A stretch of DNA of 55,298 nucleotides, counting the filler, from Basidiobolus ranarum (lineage: Eukaryota), in NCBI GenBank assembly GCA_040143965.1. It is 2 parts of 2 records of this genome, joined end to end, with 100 filler letters (N's around TTAATTAATTAA, not from the genome) between each part and the next. Parts side by side here need not be neighbours in the genome. Positions count along the whole stretch, not along the records: positions 27,754 to 55,298 come from JASJQH010000121.1; 1 more part is not named here. One strand, written 5' to 3'. The position numbers and the translations under genes are program-made. This document shows positions 36,032 through 49,907 of the stretch, piece by piece; the stretch's first letter is position 1; each line of letters begins with the position of its first letter. A model generated the notes under the pieces. The model was not told the DNA's origin. It saw only the letters and a program-made list of their open reading frames with translations, and did not search any database.

Positions 36032-39000
36032 AGTGATAAAAGTAAGAGAGGGCGAGATTTCTAACTAGGGTGGCAGCTTAGTAGTTGCTAACGAAGATGA
36101 AAGTAATTATTATGACTAAAGTAAAGTGAGTTGGAAAATCAGGTCGATATTACACTTGTATCTGAGTGTAAATTCTTGGGAGAGTAAAGTGATAGGTTTG
36201 AGTAGAGTCTATTGGTACAGAAAGATCAAGTAAAATATTTTGGAGTTTCCAGTGAACGAGTAGAAGAAGGCCCTTCACTCAAGAAAATGATCGAAAAAAG
36301 AGCAAGAAAGGATTAAAAAGGTTGGGAGAGAGATAACGAAGGTGCAGCACTAGCAAAACCTCACCTTTAATAAGGTGAATTGATCCAAGAACTTGAGAAT
36401 TATTTACTGCCGCTCTCAGGGTTAAAAAAGAATCTTCAGTGCTATTTTAAACAATAAAAAATCTGCAACATGAGCCTATTATCCATTAATCGGAGGGAGG
36501 GGCGCTTGGAGCAAGATCAGCCATAGATTTATTGTAAGAATAATAAAAACCATTCAAACCTTCTCAAAACCAACCTCAACATATTACCAGGGTCAAAAAA
36601 ACCGGCTTCTCGTGGAACTGAAGAAATATTGAAAATGTTGGAAGAGCCGGTTTTTCAGGCCAAAAACGGATTGATTTGAGTAACCAAGCTTGGCCATATA
36701 GGTACGATTTGGTAACAGATTGCAAAGTGACAAATTAGTGTGACAACCATCATCTTTGTATTATGGAGGTATGATGGATAGAATATCCACCCGAATATTA
36801 AGGAATTCTCTTCCTACCTCGTGTGAATCTCTTTCGAATCCGAAATGAATTTTTCCGGATGGATAGCATCACTCATTGGCCTTCATCCAGAGAATCAGTA
36901 GGGTAATCTGTGGATGAGATTTTCTATGTACACAGCAAAACTCGTTAACAAGGTGCATTATAGGCAGACCGCGCAGGTTGTCTGAGCATTTTCATCCATT
37001 TGCCTTAATGTCTCAATAGCATTCTGTGATCAACAATATGATGATATCTGATGATCAACTTGGAGATGAGAAGATCATCAAAGATTACTAATATTTCCTT
37101 ACGATTGCTGCCACTATGATGCTTCTTGAGCATTACACTGCATCCGCTATACACTACTTAGAGAATGAAAGGTCGACGCAAACATAATCAGAATATCAAA
37201 TATAACTGCGCCAAGCTCTTTGCAATACCTTTGGCAAGTAGTCAACCAAGCTGCTTGCCATCAACATGCCCCAAAATCGAAAGTGGTACGAAATATCAAA
37301 GTCTCTTGGAATTCGTTGAATAAATCAGCATCTTGAACGTTGAAGGTGGGTCAGTCTGGTTGCTGTATAAGATGTCGGACTTCACTATCCGTTACGTCCA
37401 ATGATTGATTGCTTTTGAAATTTGTGATATGCTGACCGATGGTCTGATTAGTAGCCACGATTCAGTACTATGCCTCAAGTGTGATCAGCGTTTCATAGTT
37501 TGGTCTTATTATAACTTGGCCCAAATTAGCTCAGTGGTTTGGGGAGACAATGTGAAAAGATTGTACAGCTTTCAGGACTCACATATCTGTGTTCAAGCAA
37601 GATTGACCGCTTTAGGGGACTTGCTCAGTGTAGAGAACCTGCATTCTGTCACGTCAAGATAGTCAAAGTCGGTCTTCCAGTGGCCATCTGCCGTATACCG
37701 ATTATCATATCTACATACATCGTTGTTGTTACGTTAGACTGAGAAAAGAGAAATTATCATTGGTAAATCTTTGCTTTGGAATGAAAGAAGCATCACTATT
37801 AGATAAGATGTACGGGAATGTCATCAAGTCAATGTCTCATAGGATTGGTCAACTTGATATATTTGAAGTAAGGCATTTTTAGCGCATTAGTCCTAGACAG
37901 CATTGCACAACATCACTAGTGAAATATATCTGGAACAGTAAGAAGAAGAAGCCCTGATCGTTGGCTGATTTTTGATAGATGGAACAATTACTGTGCTTAT
38001 GATGTTCCACCTAATTTAAAGACATCCAAATGGAGCCAATAATTTAATACTTTTAAAAATTAGAGTTTGCTTTCCTATTATATCCCATTGAGTTAATTAT
38101 TAAGAGTCGAATCACACTGTCACACACAAAGCCACTGAATTTAACAACATCCACATTTCCATTTTGGTATTTCCGACTGGTTTGTTCCTACAGATTCGGA
38201 AGCAATGAGATCAGCACTTCACACTTCTTGGATATTTAATCAATATGAGTTAATTCGAAAATAAGTAAGCTTCAAGTTAACCTACAATCTATTCGCTTTG
38301 ATCACAATAGCCAGGATAAAATAGGAGTGAGTCCTATGCAATATAGTGTGCTCTTGGCAGGCACATGTCTATCACTGAGACAGCCAAGATTCGAATGTGG
38401 AAAAGCAGGGAGTTTGAAAAGTAGCAAGGCCCATTTTGGGCTTACCATTATCTTCAAGTTAGTGATAGAGTCAAGTATCAGTCAGTGTATGTTTAGTATA
38501 CCTTCAAGCGGATTTCTACTGTTCACCACCAATTTTCAATTTGTTCGCTGTAGGGAGTCACACATTGTATGAGTGGTCGCAAAGCCTAACCAAACACGGG
38601 TTTCTCTCCAGTACATTTGGATATACTTTGAAATAGATCTAGAATCCAAACATTGCATACGCTATCAAATGAATCTTTCGTCGTACTGCAATCCTCTCCA
38701 AGGGATATCTCCAATAGCGCTTTACATATATATATTTATATCGGACTTAACCTACCCAGTTTGCCATTTAGATCAAATCCTGCTCTGTGTTGTGAGTTAT
38801 ACGGCATGTGATCGACTTTCTTGCCTGTTACCTACGGTATCGCCTCATAGGAACGAAATGAATTCAGCTGCCAATGGGTAGCCTAGATTCGATCTTATTA
38901 GAGGTTTCACATTGTCGCGCGAGAGAGCCACTCATACTTGTTACCATACTGATCGATGCAACTTGAATGAATACATAGTCTAGGATTAAATTCCATCTAT

Positions 39001-39214
39001 GATCCATGTTGTAGCATCCCACTTCCGGATATCACTACAACAATTGACAGCATGATACATTGCATTTCTAGTTCAAAAGATTATCATACTTCCACTCGAA
39101 TATTCTTTTCCAGAAATCAGCGGAACCTATCTCCAAAAGTATACGCGCTTATTTATAGAATGCGAAGATTGCTATTGTTTATTATTGAAGGAAGATGGGA
39201 AGTTTGTGTACTCC

Positions 39215-39589
39215 TTAAGGAGCATCGGTCCAGGTCTTATGTATTAGCTGTCCTTTGTCCAAATTCAATGTTATTGCCTCGTAGCTTGGAAGTCGCTCGA
39301 CAGTGTATGGTGGAACTGGGTCTATCTTCCAAATAGGTTGATTCCTTAACAAATAAGTCAATTCATCCGAATCATTCTCCACCTGTTCGCAGGGGAAAGC
39401 TCTTGTAGCACATAGATTTATTATCGTTAATCCGATCAAGCATACAATGAATGCTACAAAAGTAGCACCTAACCCTTTCGACAAGTGCGAACTAGAATCC
39501 AACTCCTTGGTGTGCAAAGGTAGTGGGCAAGGAAGGCAAGGATTTATACAACCAATACCGATAATTAGGAGCTCTATTATTTGTGGCAT
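39215..39589 (-). CDS. Small single-pass membrane protein with PY-like motifs (possible Rsp5/Nedd4 adaptor)
   Basis: ATG 39589; TM GLGATFVAFIVCLIGLTIINL; cytoplasmic tail with VPPY and LPSYEA. Confidence 0.55.
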   Translation of the reverse strand: MPQIIELLIIGIGCINPCLPCPLPLHTKELDSSSHLSKGLGATFVAFIVCLIGLTIINLCATRAFPCEQVENDSDELTYLLRNQPIWKIDPVPPYTVERLPSYEAITLNLDKGQLIHKTWTDAP

Positions 39590-41309
39590 GTCTGAATGAA
39601 AATAACAGCGCAACCTTGTCGTGGTTAAATATGTGAGCGGTGTAAATCAAATAAGCGTGGCTAAAGTCTTGAAGATGGCTCGATATGTTTTCGATTTCAA
39701 TAGCTTGACTTTCATTGGATCCATACAACATGATTGCCCACATCTAAGACATTTGCTATGTGACTAAATTCTGACAGGATCTATCCTCAGGTGCACCACA
39801 GAGCGGCTCTCGTTCTTTATTTGATGACGTCGCAGGCGATTTACCAAATATTCAGGTTTTGTCTAATCCTGATCCGGTGAGCTAATTTCAGAAATGTCCC
39901 CAAGACTGGCGGTATCATAGTTTTGCACCCAGTGGTGATTCTCCATTGTATTCGTTCATGCTCATGCAATGTTTATCCGCATTGTGTCTGCAAACACCGC
40001 AAGTATAATATTCAATACCTGCGTACAATTATTACTCAGATTAGAGGAGAAACACTCTGCCTTATATGGTGTTTGGACATGTCATTCATTGAATCCCTGC
40101 CAATTTACTGCGAAGACAAGGCGGAGACTGACCCATTTGTGGATGCTAAACTTGACTACGTCATATCGTAACATTGGATTAAATCATTGAGGATTACTTC
40201 AACCTTGCTGTTTCGCTTGAATCGATAATTACCTCGCAGCAGCTACATGTGTACCTTTGTGTCAGGATGGCAGCTCCTGCACTCCTCTACTAAGCATGTC
40301 ACATTCCTACGGTTATCTTCATCTAGATGTCTCTACAATATCGATTATGAGCGGTATGACAATTGTCATCCAACAACAGGATTAAGAAATTTGATAAGGT
40401 ATGTCGTTCATTTCACATATGATACCCATGGCCTCTTTCCTTCATTCAGCCTACAAGATCATATGAGCAAGCTGATACTGACAGTTTGTGAAGTTGCGAT
40501 GCATGTGTTATTGGCGCTTGATTTAAAATTCATAATACCAGATTAAAGCCGTCAATGTTTATTCCAATTTGCCTAAATCTATTCCAATTATACTAGATTC
40601 CTTATCTCGTTGCTGGTTCAATGTTCAGTATTCTTGCGTTAAGAAGGGCCCTCTTGTTTTGGAACTCATCAAATTGCAAGGATCGTAGCGTTCGTTTCCC
40701 CTAACTCTGGGGAGAGGAAAACCAAGAGGTAATCTAATTGAATAATCAAGACAAATAGCTTGGATCAATCTATATTAGATGGAGAAGGCTTGGTTCCATT
40801 ATGTTTACTACAGCATGTCCTGGTATCAATGTTACCTAGTTCACACTGCCATCAGTAGTGGGATGCTTAAGGTATGATTCATAGGTGACCCTGTCTCCTA
40901 TCTCACTTAAATTCGTGTCACTATTAGCGTTGGAACTTGTTGTTTGTTACTTTCCAGTACGAAACATGATTGAAGCAAAGTCTCTATCCGTAATAGAGTA
41001 TAGAGAATATGGGTGTAGCTGAAGCCACTCGAAGCGTATGTGAAATGAGCAGATATTCGAGATTTATATCAAAAACCATACATAGAGGTAGAAACTCGCA
41101 TTTATTTTACTATCATAACAATCCTGAGTGACTTTGTAGAACAATTGTGACAAATGATATAGGATAGAGTTACATGTTTGTGAATGGTGGTTTTGATAGA
41201 ATTAAACGTACTGACATAAGAGTAATTGCAGATAATGGAACACACAAGAAGACTTTATAAGCAAAGTTTTAAGAAAATCCGTATATACATACAACATCAT
41301 TTGGATACA

Positions 41310-41947
41310 TCAACGTAAAACTTTCTTGAATTTGTACTCTGTTGAGGAAAAGGTTTCAATAAGATTCAGAGGATGATTTTTAAAAGACAAAACCAAAATG
41401 TACCTAGTTGTTTAGAGTATTCATCTAACTCTAGGGTGACTTGCTCTAGAAACTCCACTTGTCGACTGATATCATCGATTTGAGCAATATAAGGACTAAA
41501 GTTTGAGTCTAAAATAAAGGCCTTGTTAAAAATTGATTGCGAAACAGGCTAGGAATATGGCGAAAACGAATCCAAAACATACAGGAATTTTGTAATTTAG
41601 TGACTTCATTAATTAAGCCCTTCGCATCATCAGACATTTCTTGATATTTCTCCTTCGTAAGATTGTTGAATGTTTCCAACAACTTATAGTCTTCCGTTGA
41701 AGCTATAAAAACACTGTCACTTCTTACCCTGAATAAAGATATTTATAAGATACTTTTAGAAATTACCCAAAAGCTCCGACTTCAAGTATTCTGATACTTT
41801 GTCAAACATTTCTTGAGATAAGTTAAGCGCATCCTCCTTCCCTACTACTTTAGATCTATCCGTGGCAGATGAGGTATTTCGTGGGCGGGTTCTATTGCCA
41901 GATGTTAAGAAGTCCTCAAAGACAGAGCTACCAGGTGAGTCAGACAT
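41310..41947 (-). CDS. BLOC1S2: BLOC-1 complex subunit 2, four exons
   Basis: LSQEMFDKVSEYLKSELL|ASTEDYKLLETFNNLTKEKYQEM...|..PYIAQIDDISRQVEFLEQVTLELDEYSKQL|EYKFKKVLR*. Confidence 0.9.
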
Positions 41948-42278
41948 ACTGTGAAGGGGCGTACTAATGAATAATAAATAATTTGGTCAAGGTCATTGTA
42001 AGTTAATTTATGAGGTATACGAATACGCTTTAGTTAATCAAGAATAAACCAAATTTCACAGTTTCAACATAACTCGAAGAAAATTGAAAAATTCTACCAA
42101 ATATGGCACAAAAAAAATATTTAGATATTTTTCATAATGATGCTAGTCATCGGGTTTTTTTTTCTGGTAACATTTTTCTCATTCATTCAGAAAACCAATA
42201 TGAACTGATGTTAAGGTATTATCGAGGTCTAAAGTGTGAGATTCGACTGTTGACCCGTCAAACCACACCTCAGTACTA

Positions 42279-45200
42279 ATGTCCACTACCCTTTCACTAT
42301 TTTGGGATCTTGCTGCTGTTGACGCTGAGACGCGTCAAGTTGCCGTAAAGAAACTTATTGTTTCTTTAGTCTCCTTCCAACAAGCCTTTGTTGCCGAGAA
42401 AGGGAAAGAATATGAAGCCCTTCTAAAAGAGCCTGTTACCGAGGAGCGTCTGGATATTTTATGTGCTCAAGACGTATCCTACTCTGTAAAACGTTTAATT
42501 CGCGGTCTCCCCACTTATAGACAAGGAGCTAGACAAGGATTTGCTCTGGCCTTGACTGAGGTAATTTGATTATGATCCTCTTATATCAAGTGATATCTGT
42601 TATTAACTCCGCTTCATTTATGTTCTACTTGTAGCTTTTATCTTTCCTTGATTTCATACCGGTGAAGGTTATTACGGAGTTGATTTTCAAACATTCTGAA
42701 ATTACCGGAAACATGAAAGGACAAGAGGAGCGTGACATTCTATTTGGTAGAATCTTTGGTTTCATGGCTATCATTCAATCAGGAATGATTGCTCGTGAAA
42801 CTACTGAACTTGCCGATATCCAGGAATTAATTAAAAATCTTGTTGAATATTCGAGCACCAAAAGTTATTTAAGAGAGCCTTGCTATCAACTTGTTATTGC
42901 CATGCTTCCACATGTACAGAAGCTATCATTCAAGGATGAGGCTGTTAACTTGATTATCTCCGAGACTCTCAAGAACGGATTGAAAACTCCAGAAGAAATT
43001 GATCTTGTGCTTGCTATGCAACCTCAGTTCTCTCTGGATTGGGCTGCTCTACTACCTCAATGGAAGCATGGTGATGTTCTTCATTCTTCCAATCTTCAAA
43101 AATTGGCACTTATTTTGAAAGAATCATCATCTGAGGAGCCCCAACTTTTCTCCAGCTGGCATTCACATTTGCATTCAGTATGGAAGAGAATTCTATCACT
43201 ATACCTTGATTCTAATCAAGAGGCTTCCGAGGTTCCTACCAAAAAGAGCAAGAAATCTAAGGCTGCCCCGGTTGCCACTACTAAGCGTGCTCCATTCCCT
43301 GAATTCTGGAAAACTGTCGTCGATGAAGGTCTTTTTAGTGCCACCTCTTCCCATGAACGTAAATATTGGGGATTTCTTGTCTTCGAGGAGGCTCTCCCTC
43401 GCTTGCCATCGACCCAGATGCCGCTCATTTTCACTGCCAACTTCATGAGATGCTTTATTAACAATCTCACATCTGGTGATAGATTTCTTAATAAGAGCGC
43501 CAAGCACACTATGGACGTTATCTTGAAGGTCGCCGAGACTAATACTGATGTTGCATTCGCCTTGGTTATGCAACTTCAAGGTAAATACGGTAGCCAACAA
43601 TTCGATAAATTTACCAAGACTAAGGCCGTGGAGACTATCCTTGGTTCTATGGATGCAAAGGGTGTTGTCACTTACATCACTTATCTCAAAAATGTATTCA
43701 CAAATGATTCTGACTCCTCAGCTACTGAAGATGATCGTGTGAAAGGTATTGAAGCCCAACGTTTTTGGGCTATCGATCAATTATTCGCACTTGTTCGTAA
43801 CACACGTATTCCACGTGAAGAATCCTGGCTCTTATCCATTCTTCAATTTTTCTTGGTTCACTCGTTCTTTGAGGTTAACAAAGTCAGCTCTAAGAGTGAT
43901 ATTCAAGAGGTTCGTGTTAAGCCTACCCCCAATATCTCTGAGCCCACTAGAGAGCTTTGTCGCAAACGTTTCTTCAGTATGCTTGCTGAATTGAGCCGTA
44001 TCCCTCCACTTTCTAAAGTATCTGAGCTATCGAAAGAAAATGGCTCCGTTAGAATCAGTAAGAGACTTAACGGCACCATGAATGATGGTGAATTTTGGGC
44101 ATACGTCGTAGTACAGATGGTACTTAAGCTTGAACGTGACTCTAATGTCTCATCCGTGTATGAACTTACACCTGAGAGTGTCGCCGCACGTAAGAAGGCC
44201 TTGGATACTGTCAAAAAGATTAAAGAGCAACTCGGTAAACTGGAAGCTGAAGGAGATAAACAAGCCGACTCTCAATTCAAAGCATTTGAGCTGCTTTTCC
44301 TTTTCCCCATAGTGCAATTATTGGTTGAACCTAAAGAAGCAACTGGTGTTTTGGAAGAATTACAAGATTGTTATCAAAGAGTATTTGCTCCCAAGAAGCC
44401 CAAATCCAAGAAAAAGAAGGCCGTCGAGGAAGAGGAGTCGGAGCCTGAGCCAATTGAAGTTTTGGTGGATATTCTTCTCAGTTTCCTTGCCAAACCTTCT
44501 GTTATGTTAAGAAGCTTAACTGAGCAAGTGTTTGAGACTTTTTGCGATAGAATGACCAAGACTGCTCTGGATCTTTTACTCAGCATTCTCGAGACTAAAG
44601 AAGATGTTTCCGGACAACAGGAGCTCTTTGAGGATGATGTAGAGGAGATGGATGAAGACGAAGAAGATTCCAGTGAAGAAGAGAGTGACGAGGAGAGCGA
44701 CTTAGAGGATGCCGTCGAGGATGACGAGGAAGTCGATGAAGAACTCCGAGCTAAATTGGCTGCTGCCTTTGGCCAAAAAGAGGGTGAGGAATCTGAAGAG
44801 GAACTTTTAGGTGACGAGGAAATGGGTGACTTTGACGCTAAACTTGCCGAAATATTCAAGCACAAGAAGATGATGAAAGCTGAAAAGAGAGATGCTAAGC
44901 AAAGTATTTTGCATTTCAAGAACAAGATCTTGGATCTTCTTGAGATCTTCATTAAGAAGCAACCTCAAAATGAATTGCTTCTCGAGCTCATTATCCCCTT
45001 ATTGAGATTCGTACGCAACTCTGCCGCGAATACTGCCAATAAGCAAGCAGGTGAGAAGGCTACCAACTTATTAAAGAACAAACTAGTGAAGGTCAAGGAC
45101 CATCCCAAGATCTCTGATACTGCCAATGCACTTGAAACTTTGGAAGCTGTTCATCAATTTGCGCGCAAAGCTCCTAACTCTACTATGATGCAACTGTTCA

Positions 45201-45829
45201 GTCATTGCAGTCTCTTCTTGGTTCGTGTCATAATTGGTAATGAAGACAAGAAGTCAACTGAAAAGGTTGTTGACATCTACAAGGCTTCCCTCAATGATTA
45301 CATGACCAGAAAATCAAGCAATCTTCAACCCGCTTTCTTCCTTGACCTTCTCAACCGTTACCCTGTAATCGGATGGGGACTCTTTAAGAGCCTTATTGAG
45401 TTGACCAAACCCTCTGTCAGTGCTAAGGGCTACAGAGAAGCCCAAGCATATAACATGCTTTCTACCTTAATTCGTAGCCACATCAAGGATGGTGAAGATA
45501 TCTTCACCAAATGCTTACCAAGCCTCAAATCTACCGTGCTCTCTACACTAGAATTTGCGGTTAGCAAGGAGAATCAAGGCAGCAAGACTTTGAATGCTGC
45601 TCGATTAAAGGATGTTCTCAAGTTCATCAATCTGGTACAACAAGCTTCATCCAAGAAACTTAAGGATGATAAATTCAAGAAAGCCTGGGATACTGTTGCT
45701 TTTGAAAAGGCCATCAAATCTCTCGTAGCCGACAAGCGTTTCGAGTCACCCTCAATTCGCACTTTGAGTCAACAAATTCTGACACGCCTTGGTCGTAATG
45801 TTGATTTCTTGAAAAATACTAAGAACTAA
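42279..45829 (+). CDS. POL5: DNA polymerase phi / Myb-binding protein 1A homolog (rRNA biogenesis)
   Basis: LFWDLA...YSVKRLIRGL...ARQGFALALTE, GQEERDILFGRIFG, SHERKYWGF, acidic tract and HFKNKILDLLEIF. Intron 42561-42634. Confidence 0.95.
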
Positions 45830-46633
45830 TTATTTGAGTGAAGGAATATTGAGGATCGTCTAGTGCAAGATTCTAGGAAGGTGGTATGTGGAAGGGCTTG
45901 GTCGTGAAATATAACCCTCGATCACCTTTACTCGTGTCATTTTTCCAAACATCTTCACAGTGATATTTCTTTTTCTTAGCCCTTGCCCCCTATTATATTT
46001 GTTATGAAGTTCCCGTAGAGGCGTGATCCATATTTTCTTTGTCCTTATTCTTAGAGTGTTTACAGTATAACTTCTTTCTAGTTGGGGATACTTTTCCAAC
46101 AAGGAAAGTAATTCACCACCTATCTCCTCTCTATTTTTAGATTCATTTGCCCATACTTATCATTTCTTTTCCACGTCTTCAATCCACAGCAAAGAAGAAA
46201 GGTTGTGATTTTGAATAAAAAGTGGTCGCTAGCTTCAAGCTTGCGAATGTTTAAACATGCACCTGGCATCTATCTATTATTACTTACACATGGATAGTTG
46301 GATTGATTTTGTTTATTATGATTACTACTAAACCTTTTTTACAACTGATGAATACAAAGGAAGTGAAGGTTCGCTACAAGGTAAATAATACATACAATAT
46401 TCATTTCATGAGCGAATGGGTGTAAAATCGTCAAGGAGCTTCTAGATTTTAACATGTAAAACAATTAATGGATTCAACAATTGATGAATCAAACGTGGAA
46501 AATAAAGGTGAAAAATGGGGAAAATTGTCTACAATTGAACAGATGTAGTACTAACACATTGGAAATGTGCGAATATTTACTCGAAACTAGAGTAAAACTG
46601 AATTAACTATTCTATGGAATTTTTAAGCAAGTA

Positions 46634-49600
46634 TCATTCCACTAACAGGGTTTTCAAGAAGTTAATAATATCATTGAACGCATCTGCTATGGATTTTGGT
46701 TTATCAGGGGAAGGTGATTCTCCGGTAGCGGCCATCTCCAACTCAGCAATACTGCCAAACTCACAAGTCTGACTTACTGAGCCTCCACCTATCATCTCGT
46801 TAAATTGTAAAAATTCTTCTAAGATTGTAACTAGACTCTGAACTGAGCGTTCGGGTAGAAGGTTCACAATGAACCTTTGGTTTGACTGATTTTCTTTCAT
46901 GAGACAGCCAAGTAATAGGGCGACATATGCAACTAAAACATTATGTTCCGTCTACAAGTCAGAGATGTAATGATATTAGACGGCCGTGTCCCAAAACACA
47001 TATATATATATACACAACATACCGAGTCTGCGCCGTTTTGGATTCGAATATAGAACTCTATGAGGTATTCAAGCGCCAGCTTCTTGCTACATTGACAAGT
47101 GACAGTAAATTGCGCGTGGCAAGATTCATTGGAGCAAAATTCTATCCAGAACTTGGTTAATATTCACTTCTACTTCATTCAATGCTATTTCAGCTTACCG
47201 GCTTCTCGTATGGCGTTTTTGCATTGGTTGTTTGCATCCACAATATTAATCAACAAGCCAATGGCCAATAATGAAATGTCGTATTTGGATGCAGATAAAG
47301 TCTCGTTCATACTGGCATCAGGGAACTTCAACAAATTGTTTTGGCTGAAAGCTACAAGTCGCATGATAACATAAAGCCCAGGGGCATCAGATACTAAACG
47401 CGAAGATTCTTCATGTTCATTTGTTAGATTGATAAGCAAACGAAGAACACCACTAATCGAGTCCATTGTCTGTATGACTTTGTGAGAATTATCAGAGGAG
47501 ACTTCCACTTGGAAGAACAGTGCTAATATAAGAAGTCGTCTAAATATGCTTTTATATTGAGCAACAACATCCTGGTTAGCGGGACAAAACTGGGTAGCAC
47601 TCTCGAGAATTCGTAAATATGGGCCGCTCTCCAAAAAAGCCTCATATTCCAGCTTCACATGGCTTAGGCCTGAAAGCTGCTGATCCATAGGTTCTAGATA
47701 TTGCTCAAGGATATCACAAACGACTTCAAGTATGCCAGACTCTCTCACCTTTTCCCGAGCCACTTCATCGTTGCGAGTTTTCCGAGATAGAATTGATAGA
47801 AGAGCGCGTGCTGCAAGAGATTTGACTGAAATCTTGATTTATGAGGTAGAGTAAGATTAGCTTTATAATAAAAATATGGCTCTGGGATCATACGTATTTA
47901 CCGAATTCTGAGCTAAAACAGCTTTGGACGCAACGACAACCTCGCGAAGCTCTTTGATCTATCAGGTTGAACGAAAGTTAGTACGCACAGTATTTGTGCT
48001 TGTATAATGTGTATACATTACCAATCTCTTCTCAGATTTAGTGGAGCCCCAATTCAATTGAGCCAGAGGATCAGGGTCAATAGTTAACAGTTTTAGCAGC
48101 AGCTCCATACAATGATCCTCAAGAGGTAGAAATTCTAAATTTCGCTTATCTTGTACAAGAAGATAAAGCATGAATGCTCTACATGACAGAATAATCTAAA
48201 GATCGGGTTAGCACTCCCAGTGAATCGACAAGTGGGTTCCTGATTCAATGGAAACATACCGAGTCGTTTTGCTCACGCAGAAGCTCGTAAATTTTGGGAA
48301 TAAAGTTGTGTGCACGAAGCTTCATACTGAAGTTACCAGAAAGCAATTTGCGTGCGAGCTCCAGACAGCTGTATAAATGCAGCATTAATAGATGTATCTT
48401 AAAAGTTCAAATACAACAGGACTACACACCTGGTTCTGCGGACGCTTAATGATTGAGTGGGATCCAGTCCACCTAAAACATACTCCATCTCATCGTTAAA
48501 TCGCTTACTTTCTCCGAGCTCTCTCAGTTCGTGCTGACTTTTAAGATCCGTGGCATTTTCCTGAAAACCATCAGTTCCATACATTAGTAACAACTTGACG
48601 AGTGAATATGATTTAGAACCTGACTCACATCTACGTCATCAACCAAGTCTCTTTCGGAGGCATCACCATCCCACCTTCTATCGCTTTCGGCTAGAGCCCG
48701 AACTCTATCGGAATTCAACGTAGCAGCAGAACTTGTATTTGGTGAATTATGCTTTCTAGCGAGAATGGATTTTCTTGGAGTAGCGTCCAAATCTGTCTTA
48801 GCTCGAGAGAACGTAGGCGGGGATAAGTTGGATGTACTCTCCAGAGTAATATCACTCTTCTGCCGATATGTCTTGTTTGATTTCTTTCCCTTGGACTTTC
48901 CATCCTTTTCATGACTAGTGTTGCCTCGTGAGGTACTGGCGTTAGTTACTGCAGCATTGATAGGTTTGTCCACTTTGTCGTTGGATTCTTTTCCTTCGGA
49001 GCTATCTACCTCCATCTCCAATAAGTCGGACTTCATGATATCAGCAACGCTGAGTTTGGAAATTTCCGACGAAGACATATTACTACGAACAGGAATTCTA
49101 TCGGTGAAGATTACTGGTGTCCAAGTATCCTCATGTGCATCATCATCCTCATGTAGACTTCCAAATAAATTTGATCTTTTAGGCTTCGATGTGGAATATT
49201 CACTATCGGTATGAGCTCGCTTGAGAGAATGTGCTATCTTTGAACGAGCGGGGCTATTTTTGGGAGTTGAATCTTGCGATAATTCGATAGTAGAATTTCC
49301 AAGAAAACTAGCAAAAATGTCTTCTAAAGAGCTTTGTGGTTTTTCTGAATTAGTAGCTGAATTCTTTTGCTCCTCCGCCGAGGTGCGAGATTTTTGGCTA
49401 GGTGAGCTTGCGGGAAAAGTTTCGTTTGGGCTCTTCTTGGTATCTTGTGTGGTTGTCTTTATAGAAAGTCGGAGAATTTAATCTCAGTTGCTTATTTGAA
49501 ACATGATTGAAAAAAGTTATTGTACCTTATACTTGGCTGCCTCAGTAGGGGTAGCAATGTCTTTATCTTTTGTTACTTGTTTGTGCTCTCTAGCACGTTT

Positions 49601-49813
49601 GATCAACGAAACATACCCACTGGTCAATTCAGAGCTCTCACCCTCCTCGTCTCTATTCTCCTCAGTATTCTTAGTTTTCTCTACTATGGAATCTGAACTC
49701 CACTTATCGTCATCGTTTGTAGCGGCATCAGCGAAGTTTGAAACAGATTTTCTATTTCTTCTTCCAAACGTTACTTTTATCTCCTTATTCCTTAAACCAA
49801 ACTCAGTGGGCAT
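46634..49813 (-). CDS. WAPL: Wings apart-like cohesin release factor (WAPL/Wpl1/Rad61), multi-exon
   Basis: Disordered N-terminus with VTFGRR; HELRELGESKRFNDEMEYVLGGL...VRRTSCLELARKL; VLRLLINLTN; LLAIGLLINIV; C-terminal AYVALLLGCL...LEEFLQF. Confidence 0.9.
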
Positions 49814-49894
49814 TGTCAAATACTATCAGGAAGGTATATTGAAAATAATAGAGATAGAGACAAGCGATGATTTGCTGTATTTGCGAAGTAGAAT

Positions 49895-49907
49895 ACGCGT
49901 TTCGCGT
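49895..49907. promoter_or_regulatory. MCB (ACGCGT) with an adjacent E2F/MCB-like TTTCGCGT upstream of WAPL
   Basis: acgcgtttcgcgt lies about 80 nt upstream of the WAPL ATG. Confidence 0.45.

Noticed and set aside
36900-38900. Stop-riddled protein-like reading frames in the long intergenic region (possible pseudogene or TE relic)
   Set aside because: I could not recognise any family motif in the frames I translated; needs tBLASTx/RepeatMasker.
42085-42093. RRPE-like TGAAAAATT upstream of POL5
   Set aside because: Fits the gene's function but is too common in AT-rich DNA to support, and there is no accompanying PAC motif.
43199-44952. Antisense ORFs (133, 97, 103, 192 aa) over POL5, including a poly-Ser one
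   Set aside because: Mirror images of the POL5 coding sequence; the poly-Ser run is the reverse of the Asp/Glu tract.
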